DNA of 43,613 nt from a virus (Duplodnaviria > Heunggongvirae > Uroviricota > Caudoviricetes), in the IMG/VR virus record IMGVR_UViG_2654587728_000013, positions 1 to 43,613 of that record. One strand, given 5' to 3'. Position 1 is the stretch's first letter, and every line of letters begins with the position of its first letter. Made by a program: the position numbers and the translations under genes. Below are positions 28,501 through 36,732 of this stretch, in pieces. The notes under the pieces are model-generated. The model saw only the letters and a list, made by a program, of their open reading frames with translations, did no database searches and was not told the DNA's origin.

Positions 28501-31046
28501 TGGCTAACGAATTTCTTACGCAATGCGAAATGACCGTCAATGCAGCTGCCGGGCGCAAGCTGTCTGATGACGAAATGGAATCTTTGGTGCGTGACATGAA
28601 CGACACCACAAACCGGATACTGGCTGGTAATGAAGCACTGACGCTGGAAGAAGCAGCGATGCGCGCCGCGCAGGAGCTTGGTAATCGCGAGCAACTGGCT
28701 AAAGTCATTGAGGCACGGAATAAGGCCATTAATACCCGTATTGCAGCTCAGCGCCTTGGCGAGCTTCGCCGGACTTGGAAAGACCGTCCGGACATCGGTC
28801 TGGAGGCTATTCTTGTCGGACGTAATGACGCGCGCACTGGTTCCCGCCGCTCGGTATCCTCTGAGGTTGCCCAACTGCGCGGTAAGTATCATGCTGGTAT
28901 CAACTATGATTTCGACCAGGCAGGACTGGTTAAATTTATTGCCAGTGGCAGCAATGACCGCGAGATAGCCGACGCCATGTGGCGCATTGGCCGCGGACAG
29001 AAAACGGACGGTATGACGCCGCAATCAGTCAGTGCCGCTAAGATCATCATGAAGTGGCAGGAAACTGCGCGCGTGGATGAAAACCGTGCTGGTGCCTGGA
29101 TTGGTAAGATGCCTGGCTACATCGTCCGGCAGTCGCATGACATACTGAAAATCCGTGCCGCCGGGTATGAATCCTGGCGCAATACCATTCTGCCGCGGCT
29201 GGATGATGCCACCTTTGACGGGATCACAGACCGAGAAGGGTTCCTGCGTGGTGTCTACGACGGCCTTGCCTCCGGTGTGCACCTTACCTCTGAAAAACCA
29301 GACTGGATGAATGGCTTTAAGGGATCGGCGAATGCGGCCAAACGAGCCAGCCAGGAGCGGGTGTTGCACTTCAAAGACGGTGTTAACTGGCACGAATACA
29401 ACGAGCAATTCGGAACTGGCAGCCTGCGTGAGGCAGTATTCGGCGGACTGAACAGCGCGGCGCGCACTACGGGCATGATGCGCGTGCTTGGTACCAACCC
29501 GCAGAACATGTTCAAGTACCTGACAGACACCATCGCAAAAGACGTGAGCAAGCAGAGCAACCCTTCGGCGCTGGCTGATTTCATGACCAAGGTGCGCCGC
29601 CTGAATCGCACGGTTATGCCACAGGTTGATGGATCGCTGAATATCCCCGGCAGTGTTGGCTGGGCTAATGCCTCAGCCAACGTGCGCGGCTGGCTGCGTA
29701 TGAGTCAGCTTGGAGGAGCGGTCATTTCATCTTTTAACGACGTGCCAATCTCGGCGACAGAAATGCGGTATCAGGGCCAGAACTTCATGCAGGCGCTGAC
29801 CGGCGCGATGAAGGGGCGCTTTTCCCGCTACACCAGTGATGAGCAGAAGGAGATCCTTTCATCTATCGGCGTTTACTCCGACGCGATGACGCAGGAAATC
29901 ATCCGTCGCATGTCTGGCGACGACAGCATGAGCGGCAAGATGGGGCGTGCGCAGCAGCTATTCTTCAAATACAACCTTATGAACTTCTGGACAGAATCCG
30001 GGCGTAACAGCAACGCCATGATGATAACAAACTGGCTGGCGAAGAACGCCGATCAGCAATTTTCTGCACTGCCGGAGGACCTGCGCCGCGTTCTGGACCT
30101 GCACGGCATAGGTGACGCTGAATGGAATATCTACCGCAGCATGGACATGGCAGACAGCGAAGGCCGCAAATTCATGACGACCAGCGGAATTCGTGGCGTT
30201 CCGGATGAGGTGATAGCCTCATATGTTGAAGGAAAAGGCATGAAGGTCACCGAGCGATCTATTGCCGATGCGAGAGACACGCTGGAAAGCCAACTTCGTG
30301 GGTATATTCTTGACCGACTAAACATCGCTATGTCAGAGCCGGGAGATCGTACGCAGGCGTTTATGAAGATGGGCACTGTACCAGGAACAGTAGCTGGGGA
30401 GGCAATACGTTTCGCTGGTCAGTACAAATCGTTCACTGCGAGTTTCATGCAGAACGTGCTTGGACGTGAGGTATTCGGGCGCGGTTATACTCCCGCTGGC
30501 CTGGGTGAATCAAAAACAGGATCGCTGACGAATGCGCTGCTGCGTAACGGAAAAGGTGCATTCTTGGGGGCGGCAAACCTGTTCGTCTGGGCAACCATGT
30601 TTGGCTATATCTCTATGCAGTCGAAACTATTGCTTAAGGGGCAGACGCCGCGTCCGGCAGATGCCAAGACATTCCTCGCAGCCGCATCTCAGGGCGGCGG
30701 CCTAGGCATCTTGGGCGACTTCATGTTTGGCGAAGTCAATCGCATGGGTGCTGGTCCAGTGACATCATTGATGGGGCCAGCCGCGTCGAACGCTGATAGC
30801 ATTATCACGCTGTTCCAGCAGACAACGCGCGGCGATGCAGACCTGGGTGACTGGTATCGCACCGCGCTGGACAATACGCCTTTCCTTAACGTGTTCTGGC
30901 TGCGCACAGCAATGAATGGTTTAATATTGAACCGTATACAGGATGCTCTTGACCCTGGATCACTGGAGCGCTATCAGCGCCGTGTTGAACGGGAGCAGGG
31001 TAACGACTTTCTGATCCCACCATCGCAGTTCATGCTAGGGAAGTAA
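28500..31046 (+). CDS. large internal virion / ejection protein (putative)
   Basis: 848 aa; last large gene of the core block. Confidence 0.5.
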   Translation: MANEFLTQCEMTVNAAAGRKLSDDEMESLVRDMNDTTNRILAGNEALTLEEAAMRAAQELGNREQLAKVIEARNKAINTRIAAQRLGELRRTWKDRPDIGLEAILVGRNDARTGSRRSVSSEVAQLRGKYHAGINYDFDQAGLVKFIASGSNDREIADAMWRIGRGQKTDGMTPQSVSAAKIIMKWQETARVDENRAGAWIGKMPGYIVRQSHDILKIRAAGYESWRNTILPRLDDATFDGITDREGFLRGVYDGLASGVHLTSEKPDWMNGFKGSANAAKRASQERVLHFKDGVNWHEYNEQFGTGSLREAVFGGLNSAARTTGMMRVLGTNPQNMFKYLTDTIAKDVSKQSNPSALADFMTKVRRLNRTVMPQVDGSLNIPGSVGWANASANVRGWLRMSQLGGAVISSFNDVPISATEMRYQGQNFMQALTGAMKGRFSRYTSDEQKEILSSIGVYSDAMTQEIIRRMSGDDSMSGKMGRAQQLFFKYNLMNFWTESGRNSNAMMITNWLAKNADQQFSALPEDLRRVLDLHGIGDAEWNIYRSMDMADSEGRKFMTTSGIRGVPDEVIASYVEGKGMKVTERSIADARDTLESQLRGYILDRLNIAMSEPGDRTQAFMKMGTVPGTVAGEAIRFAGQYKSFTASFMQNVLGREVFGRGYTPAGLGESKTGSLTNALLRNGKGAFLGAANLFVWATMFGYISMQSKLLLKGQTPRPADAKTFLAAASQGGGLGILGDFMFGEVNRMGAGPVTSLMGPAASNADSIITLFQQTTRGDADLGDWYRTALDNTPFLNVFWLRTAMNGLILNRIQDALDPGSLERYQRRVEREQGNDFLIPPSQFMLGK

Positions 31047-31047
31047 T

Positions 31048-31419
31048 ATGAACAGAATTATATTAATGACTCTTCTTATTTTTTTTGTTGGAAAAGCTTC
31101 TGCTGATACTACATCACCTTTAATGATTCAGCCTAAAAATGGAGAAACATTGGAGGATTCTAAAAAGCATACAATGGAATACTTTGGATGCATAAAAGGG
31201 CAGGCTGTAAAGTATGCCAAGACAGGAGAAAGTGTTGATTCCATATCAAAAGCTTCGGTTGTGTCATGCGAGTCATATATACCAATGATCGCCGAGTCGA
31301 ATATATATTATTTAAACTCTTCGCAAGATGGTAAGCGGCAATTTACAGAAAGGCTAAAATCTGATGGTGAGAGATTAGCCACAAAATTTGCCATGGATGA
31401 GAAGATTAAAAATAAATAG
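31048..31419 (+). CDS. small secreted protein (AT-rich moron)
   Basis: 123 aa; signal peptide MNRIILMTLLIFFVGKASA; visibly low GC (estimated ~35%, not computed). Confidence 0.55.
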   Translation: MNRIILMTLLIFFVGKASADTTSPLMIQPKNGETLEDSKKHTMEYFGCIKGQAVKYAKTGESVDSISKASVVSCESYIPMIAESNIYYLNSSQDGKRQFTERLKSDGERLATKFAMDEKIKNK

Positions 31420-31427
31420 GTGACCAC

Positions 31428-31724
31428 ATGCAAGCTATTGGTTTCATTGTTTACATAGTTGTTGGTCTTTTTCAGTTGGCTGCGATCATGGCTGGTCTTG
31501 AATCGTGGTGGGGACTGCACTGGATAGTGGCTGCACCCATTGCTTTCATCGTTAGTTATATCCCGTTGGTCGGTTCCATTGTTGGAATGGTTGGCGCTGT
31601 CGACGTATGGCGTTGGGAATGGTGGCAGGCAGGGCTTCTTTTCTTTGGCGGCCTGGTTTTTGCTATTGCGTGCGGGGGGATGTCTTCGTTCTTCGAATGG
31701 CTATCCTTCAGGAAAAGAGCGTGA
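31428..31724 (+). CDS. small three-TM membrane protein
   Basis: 98 aa; three hydrophobic helices; RBS AGGTGA; stop overlaps GTGACATGTCAC palindrome. Confidence 0.55.
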   Translation: MQAIGFIVYIVVGLFQLAAIMAGLESWWGLHWIVAAPIAFIVSYIPLVGSIVGMVGAVDVWRWEWWQAGLLFFGGLVFAIACGGMSSFFEWLSFRKRA

Positions 31725-31732
31725 CATGTCAC
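31721..31732. repeat. 12-bp palindrome GTGACATGTCAC (copy 3 of 3)
   Basis: Exact copy overlapping stop of 31428..31724; GC hairpin 25 bp downstream. Confidence 0.6.
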
Positions 31733-31748
31733 AAAGGCCACTGCACCC

Positions 31749-31771
31749 ACAAAAAAGCCCGCGTCGCGGGC
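31749..31771 (-). terminator. rho-independent terminator (minus strand; possibly bidirectional)
   Basis: GCCCGCG-T-CGCGGGC hairpin with A-run on plus / T-run on minus, directly after stop of 31772..32236. Confidence 0.55.
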
Positions 31772-32236
31772 TTACTCTTCTTCATCGCTACCAAAGAGCG
31801 GGTTATCGTTGTAGTCAGAGAGAAGAAACGGTATGTGCTCCCTCGAATACCCAACCACAACTATTTCATCTCCGTCTTTCGCATAGTGAATGCATTCATT
31901 TGAATGCTTCCCACCAGGGTTGAATTTTAAGTCAACAGTATGATTTCTGAAGGTGTTAGGATACCACGTGGGACCACAATGATAGTGCCAGTAATTTTCC
32001 TGCTCATAATTGTCTGAACCGGGAATTTTATCATAGTTGTCGTCAACCCAAGATGGCTTGTTTTTACCTACAAGCGTTCTGCCATTGGCAACATCTTCCA
32101 TAAAATTTTGGATGGTTTCCAACTCCAGGTCCGTGAGATGTGGTCCATCTACTGCGAAAGGTTCGTTACTGGCACCGGTTATAAAGCCAAATGCAACCCT
32201 AGGCTTAAACTTCAAGTTACACCCCTGACAGGTCAA
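31772..32236 (-). CDS. hypothetical protein with acidic C-terminal tail
   Basis: 154 aa; only start-like codon at 5' end is TTG immediately after in-frame TAA of upstream small ORF; start uncertain. Confidence 0.4.
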   Translation of the reverse strand: MTCQGCNLKFKPRVAFGFITGASNEPFAVDGPHLTDLELETIQNFMEDVANGRTLVGKNKPSWVDDNYDKIPGSDNYEQENYWHYHCGPTWYPNTFRNHTVDLKFNPGGKHSNECIHYAKDGDEIVVVGYSREHIPFLLSDYNDNPLFGSDEEE

Positions 32237-32404
32237 TTATTTTGCGCGAAATGCCGCCTTGAAGTCGTTGAAAGAAGTCCCTGACTGATAAGTCATGTCC
32301 TGGTCGCGATCTTTGTTAGCGCGACCAAGCATTACTTTACCAATGGCATCCCAGCATTGCTTGGCTTGCTCATTTTGTTGAGTCCGATTTTTCAACGCTG
32401 TCAT
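32237..32404 (-). CDS. small ORF (55 aa) in same frame as downstream 154-aa ORF
   Basis: Found by manual translation (below ORF-track size cut-off); strong RBS AGGAGA; ends at TAA followed in frame by TTG of next ORF. Confidence 0.35.
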   Translation of the reverse strand: MTALKNRTQQNEQAKQCWDAIGKVMLGRANKDRDQDMTYQSGTSFNDFKAAFRAK

Positions 32405-32418
32405 AGTGCGTCTCCTTC

Positions 32419-32435
32419 TTTACCTTTGAGGTAAT
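32419..32435. promoter_or_regulatory. operator copy TTTACC-TTTGA-GGTAAT over RBS of small ORF
   Basis: Perfect TTACC-N5-GGTAA. Confidence 0.5.
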
Positions 32436-32499
32436 ATTACGCGAATCTACGTCACACCGCCAATGATTATTTTATAGGCGCATCCCTGCGCCATCGTCA

Positions 32500-33198
32500 T
32501 CAGAACTTACCAGTCATGCTGTTGATGTACTGCGCATGAGTCTGGATATCGCGCAGGCATTTACTGGCGCCGACAATGTAGCTCATCATGGCCGCGAACT
32601 CTGCTACAGCACCTTCAACATCATGCCCGTCTGCGTCCAGTTGGCGTAGCAGGCTCATCATCAAAGAGTGCTCTGTCAGACCAAGAACACCTTCAGGTGA
32701 ATGGATGTGTTCACGGTAGTTTGGCTTGAGTGGGGCGCTGTATTCCTGTTTCTCTTCCGTCTTCATCGCTTCCAGAATGGCGGGCATGAAGCTGGCTACA
32801 ACCTTTTGCGCTTTGTCTGCCGGTGATAATTCTTCACGAACGTATCGACCAGTGCGGCGGATTTGCGGAAGAACGTCGCCAGTTACCCATTTGCGGAAAC
32901 GATAGGGGATAGTACCAGGAGTTACCGCATCGCGGCAGCGCAGGATCAGAGTGTAGAGGCCGGATTCAGAGATGATGAGGGTATTAGGGTTCCCTCGTTT
33001 TCCGTCGGTTAAAGCGACGGTATTCTTTTCGTCGTCATCCAATTTAAGCAGAGCATCACGGTTGTTTGATATACCAAGAGCATTACATACATCTAACGCA
33101 ATAAACCATGGCTCGCCGTCGATGATGATTGCACGAATATCGGCTTGCGATTCGAAAGAAAAAACTGAAGTATTTTTTTGAGTTGTCATAGTGATCAC
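32500..33198 (-). CDS. Bro-N domain antirepressor
   Basis: 232 aa; N-terminal FSFESQADIRAIIIDGEPWFIALDVCNALGI matches Bro-N; distinct C-terminal domain. Confidence 0.7.
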   Translation of the reverse strand: MITMTTQKNTSVFSFESQADIRAIIIDGEPWFIALDVCNALGISNNRDALLKLDDDEKNTVALTDGKRGNPNTLIISESGLYTLILRCRDAVTPGTIPYRFRKWVTGDVLPQIRRTGRYVREELSPADKAQKVVASFMPAILEAMKTEEKQEYSAPLKPNYREHIHSPEGVLGLTEHSLMMSLLRQLDADGHDVEGAVAEFAAMMSYIVGASKCLRDIQTHAQYINSMTGKF

Positions 33199-33457
33199 CT
33201 TTTAGTCTGGTTAATCACCACCGGAGGTTCCAATCTCGGAGGTGGTGAACTGTGCAGGGTTGGAACTACCGGCTAAAAGGACCCGGCGCACCTTTCGGTG
33301 CCCCCACACAGCCCACCATAATGCGAATGTGGCCGTGCTTAACGCATAAAAAAACCGCTTGCGCGGTGAATGCGCCTTTTAGTATCCGGGGTTCCAATCC
33401 CGGCACTGGATTTTGCCAGTGCCTGATCACTATGGCACAAGTATTTTGCGTTGTAAA

Positions 33458-33474
33458 TTTACCGTAAAGGTAAT
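33458..33474. promoter_or_regulatory. operator copy TTTACC-GTAAA-GGTAAT in antirepressor promoter region
   Basis: Perfect TTACC-N5-GGTAA. Confidence 0.5.
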
Positions 33475-33504
33475 AATAAACGCATTATGTAGGTTATTTC
33501 AACC

Positions 33505-33765
33505 TTATGTGGTTTGCTTGCGTAACTGTTCCGCACAGTAATCGAGATGCGTTTGCAGATCCTGCATGGTCATTTGAGAGCTTGTTACGTAATTCACAAG
33601 GGCAACCAATTCAGCCAGCGGCCCGTCAACGTTGAAGCCGTCTTTATCGAGTTCCCGCAGCAACTTCATCAGATGCGAGTCCTCCACCAGGGATCTAACG
33701 CCTACCGGCGTGTGTATTCTTTCCTCAAATCCTTCTTCCAGCGGATGGTGATACTGCCGTTGCAT
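33505..33765 (-). CDS. stand-alone paralog of the antirepressor C-terminal domain
   Basis: Aligns by eye to C-terminus of 32500..33198 (HLMKLLRELDKDGFNVDGPLAEL vs SLMMSLLRQLDADGHDVEGAVAEF); start at MQRQYHH with GGAG RBS. Confidence 0.5.
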   Translation of the reverse strand: MQRQYHHPLEEGFEERIHTPVGVRSLVEDSHLMKLLRELDKDGFNVDGPLAELVALVNYVTSSQMTMQDLQTHLDYCAEQLRKQTT

Positions 33766-33840
33766 CTCTTCTTCTCCATGCAATCACTGTATAAACATAC
33801 AGTAGCAGAAGATTTACTGACTATCCAGCACGAAATGTAA

Positions 33841-33857
33841 ATTACCTGTAAGGTAAT
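33841..33857. promoter_or_regulatory. operator copy ATTACC-TGTAA-GGTAAT between antirepressor paralog and tailspike
   Basis: Perfect TTACC-N5-GGTAA in divergent intergenic region. Confidence 0.5.
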
Positions 33858-33962
33858 AAAGTATGTGTTCATTCCTCATTAGGTTCATATAAGGTTTTTA
33901 TGGTAATACAATGATTCAGAGTGCATGCGCGCCGGGCGCAAAAGCAATCTGGAGAAAATGAC

Positions 33963-36650
33963 ATGACGGTTTCAACCGAAGTTGACCACAATGACTACAC
34001 AGGTAACGGGGTCACGACATCATTCCCATATACCTTCCGAATTTTTCATAAGTCTGATCTGGTGGTGCGGGTTGTTGACCTGAGCGAAAACATCACTGAA
34101 TTAACACTGGACACTGACTACACGGTGACAGGTGCTGGCGGATATACTGGCGGGAATGTTGTTTTATCGTCGCCTCTTGCCAATGGTTATCAGATTTCGA
34201 TATCCAGAGAGTTACCGGTTACCCAGGAGACTGATCTCAGAAATCAGGGTAAGTTTTTCGCAGAAGTGCATGAGGATGCTTTTGATAAGTTGACCATGCT
34301 GATACAGCAGGCAATTAGTTGGCTGCGCCTTTCTTTACGTAAGCCGTCTTTTATTGCAAATTATTATGATGCCCTGGGTAACTACATACGAAATCTTCGT
34401 GACCCGTCACGACCACAGGATGCAGCTACAAAAAATTACGTTGACGGAGTTGCTGAAGGTAACACTTCTTATGCAGATTCTCTATTTAAAAGAACCTTAA
34501 GAGTTCCTGAGGATTATGTTGACCAGATACCATCAAATGCTGATAGATCAAATAAAATACTTGCTTTTGATTCTGGCGGTAAACCTATTGCTGTTTTACC
34601 TGAATCTGGTTCTGCTTCAGATGTTTTAATTGAGCTGGCAAATAACGGTGATAAAAAAATTGGTAGCTCATATGGAGGCACAGTTTATAGCGACTACCAA
34701 CGATCAATTTTTGTCAAAAAGGCAGAATTTTCTTCAGGTTTAACCATTTCATCAAAGAATGATGCTTGTCTTTATGCTGATGGGCTATGGTACGTATGGA
34801 CTGGAGCATTACCTCACACCATCTCGTCTGGTGAATTTCCGGATGTCGAAACAACTAAATGGGCATGCGTTGGACTTCTGAATGGTTACCGAATCAATGA
34901 AGTAAAAAATTTCATTGAGAAACCCGGCATCACAAATGATTCACCAGCAATTAAACTTGCTATTTACTCGTTAGTGCGTCTTGGCTACGGAGAGTTGATT
35001 GTTACAGCTAACTCAAAAGTAAACATAATCACAGAGGTTGCAATACCATTTGCCATTGATGGAATCCCTGTATCCATAGGAATAAGAGGTGAAGGTGTAA
35101 TAAACTCTCTGGGGAATGTCCCAGAGATAAGGTTTGGACTTAACTCAAGGGGGATTGTGTTTGGTAATGTTTGCTATTCATTAGACCGCCTGGTGTTATC
35201 ACAATATGTAGGATCAGAAAATACAGATGTGATAAGCAAAACATCCAACACCATTACTCTGGTATCAAATCCATTTCAGGCTAATGGTGGAAATATAATT
35301 ACATGGCCTTTGACTGACAACAACACCGCAGGTGTTCCAGTAAGTAACTTCTGTCAATTCAGCACTAACTCTGGGGCTTTCTTTGCTACAGGACTTGTTA
35401 ATAACTCTGATGGGAGTTGTACATTAACCGGAGTTACTGGGTGCAATGGAACCCCTTCGTCAGAGATATCGAACGTCACAAAAGTTGTCAGATTTACATC
35501 AAGAGCGCATCAGTTACCAGATGACACCTATCCGCGCACAGCAGCATGCATCAGTTTAGATGTCATAGAGAACCCTACTATAAGCAACTTATGGGTTCTG
35601 CAAACATATCGAACTTTCTCATTCAAAGATGGAAATGGAGGCGGAGAAGGTTCAGGTCTGGGTCATTACGGATTGTGGAATGACATCATAGTCGATGGGA
35701 CCAAAGAATTTGTAGGCGGTACAGATTTGAGTGGCGGCAGCATTCAAGGAATTGAAGGCGGACAGTTTGTTAATATCCATCTGTTTGGTACTAAGTATGG
35801 TTTTCGTGGCCGAAGAATGAAGTCATGTATGTTCTCAAACTGCACACACTATGCTTTTACAGGCGGTAAAATATTTGACATTCTGGAGTTTGATGGTTTT
35901 TCATGGGGAGGCGGTTCTATTGGTTGGAACTCAGGTTCTGGGTACATCAGCAATGTTATGGATTGTGTAAATGGTGATAACATTACATTCACCGGTGTTA
36001 AGTTTGGTAGGCACCACACTACAGAATCAGGACCGGCTTTTAAATGCTCATCTCGTTTTACTAATTTTTCATTTACCGGAAACAGCCATGAATCAGTGAG
36101 CGAAGGTGGATTCACTGATATTGGTTTCTTTGATGTAAATGAATTTTCTAGATCAAGTATTGGCGAAAACGCAATTGGGTTTAATGGTAATGGGCAACCA
36201 ACACTAACGATGTCTACTTCTGCACCTGATATTGCAAGATTCGCAGGTACTAGATTTAATCAGCCTGTTCTCACAAATGCCCCTGCTGGCATTTATGATA
36301 ACGAACATACTTCAGGTAAAGGAACATTCTATTCTACATCAGACTATCGTGACTCAGGTAAGATTTTAATAATACCTGATATTAACTCGGCCTCACCATG
36401 GCCTGATGATTCTAGAAATATAATAAAATTTGGCGGTACTTTATCTCCTGGTAAAACTCTAATGCTTCCAGAGCTAACTATATTGAATGGGACGCTTCTT
36501 AGGAGCATGGTTTTACTAGATCTTTCATCAGTAAATTTCAATGGTCAGACTATCGGTATTTATAATGGACCTACACTTATAACTACATTGTCATCACAAG
36601 GAATATATGAGTTTCTTAGTGTAGGATCTACTTATTACAGGATAAAATAA
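33963..36650 (+). CDS. tailspike / receptor-binding protein (mosaic)
   Basis: 895 aa from ATG with GGAGAAAA RBS (ORF track start 33921); N-terminal region of normal GC, C-terminal ~2.2 kb AT-rich and Gly/Asn/Ser/Thr-rich. Confidence 0.7.
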   Translation: MTVSTEVDHNDYTGNGVTTSFPYTFRIFHKSDLVVRVVDLSENITELTLDTDYTVTGAGGYTGGNVVLSSPLANGYQISISRELPVTQETDLRNQGKFFAEVHEDAFDKLTMLIQQAISWLRLSLRKPSFIANYYDALGNYIRNLRDPSRPQDAATKNYVDGVAEGNTSYADSLFKRTLRVPEDYVDQIPSNADRSNKILAFDSGGKPIAVLPESGSASDVLIELANNGDKKIGSSYGGTVYSDYQRSIFVKKAEFSSGLTISSKNDACLYADGLWYVWTGALPHTISSGEFPDVETTKWACVGLLNGYRINEVKNFIEKPGITNDSPAIKLAIYSLVRLGYGELIVTANSKVNIITEVAIPFAIDGIPVSIGIRGEGVINSLGNVPEIRFGLNSRGIVFGNVCYSLDRLVLSQYVGSENTDVISKTSNTITLVSNPFQANGGNIITWPLTDNNTAGVPVSNFCQFSTNSGAFFATGLVNNSDGSCTLTGVTGCNGTPSSEISNVTKVVRFTSRAHQLPDDTYPRTAACISLDVIENPTISNLWVLQTYRTFSFKDGNGGGEGSGLGHYGLWNDIIVDGTKEFVGGTDLSGGSIQGIEGGQFVNIHLFGTKYGFRGRRMKSCMFSNCTHYAFTGGKIFDILEFDGFSWGGGSIGWNSGSGYISNVMDCVNGDNITFTGVKFGRHHTTESGPAFKCSSRFTNFSFTGNSHESVSEGGFTDIGFFDVNEFSRSSIGENAIGFNGNGQPTLTMSTSAPDIARFAGTRFNQPVLTNAPAGIYDNEHTSGKGTFYSTSDYRDSGKILIIPDINSASPWPDDSRNIIKFGGTLSPGKTLMLPELTILNGTLLRSMVLLDLSSVNFNGQTIGIYNGPTLITTLSSQGIYEFLSVGSTYYRIK

Positions 36651-36672
36651 AAAAGCGGGGCATTGACCCCGC
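36642..36672 (-). terminator. rho-independent terminator (minus strand)
   Basis: GCGGGG-CATTGA-CCCCGC hairpin preceded on plus strand by A-run (T-run on minus). Confidence 0.55.
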
Positions 36673-36732
36673 AGCTAAACTATCTTCGAATCTTATTAAT
36701 TATCTTTCTTCCTAGATTAACAAAAGGCTTTT

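Noticed and set aside
27685-29024. Long minus-strand ORFs (162 and 287 aa) inside the internal virion protein genes
   Set aside because: Antisense to a continuous co-directional structural operon; Arg/Cys/Ser-rich composition typical of spurious frames.
33216-33394. Possible tRNA or tRNA-fragment (GGTTCCAATC T-loop-like hairpins)
   Set aside because: Two hairpins have T-arm-like loops but I could not build acceptor, D and anticodon arms around them; no cloverleaf supported.
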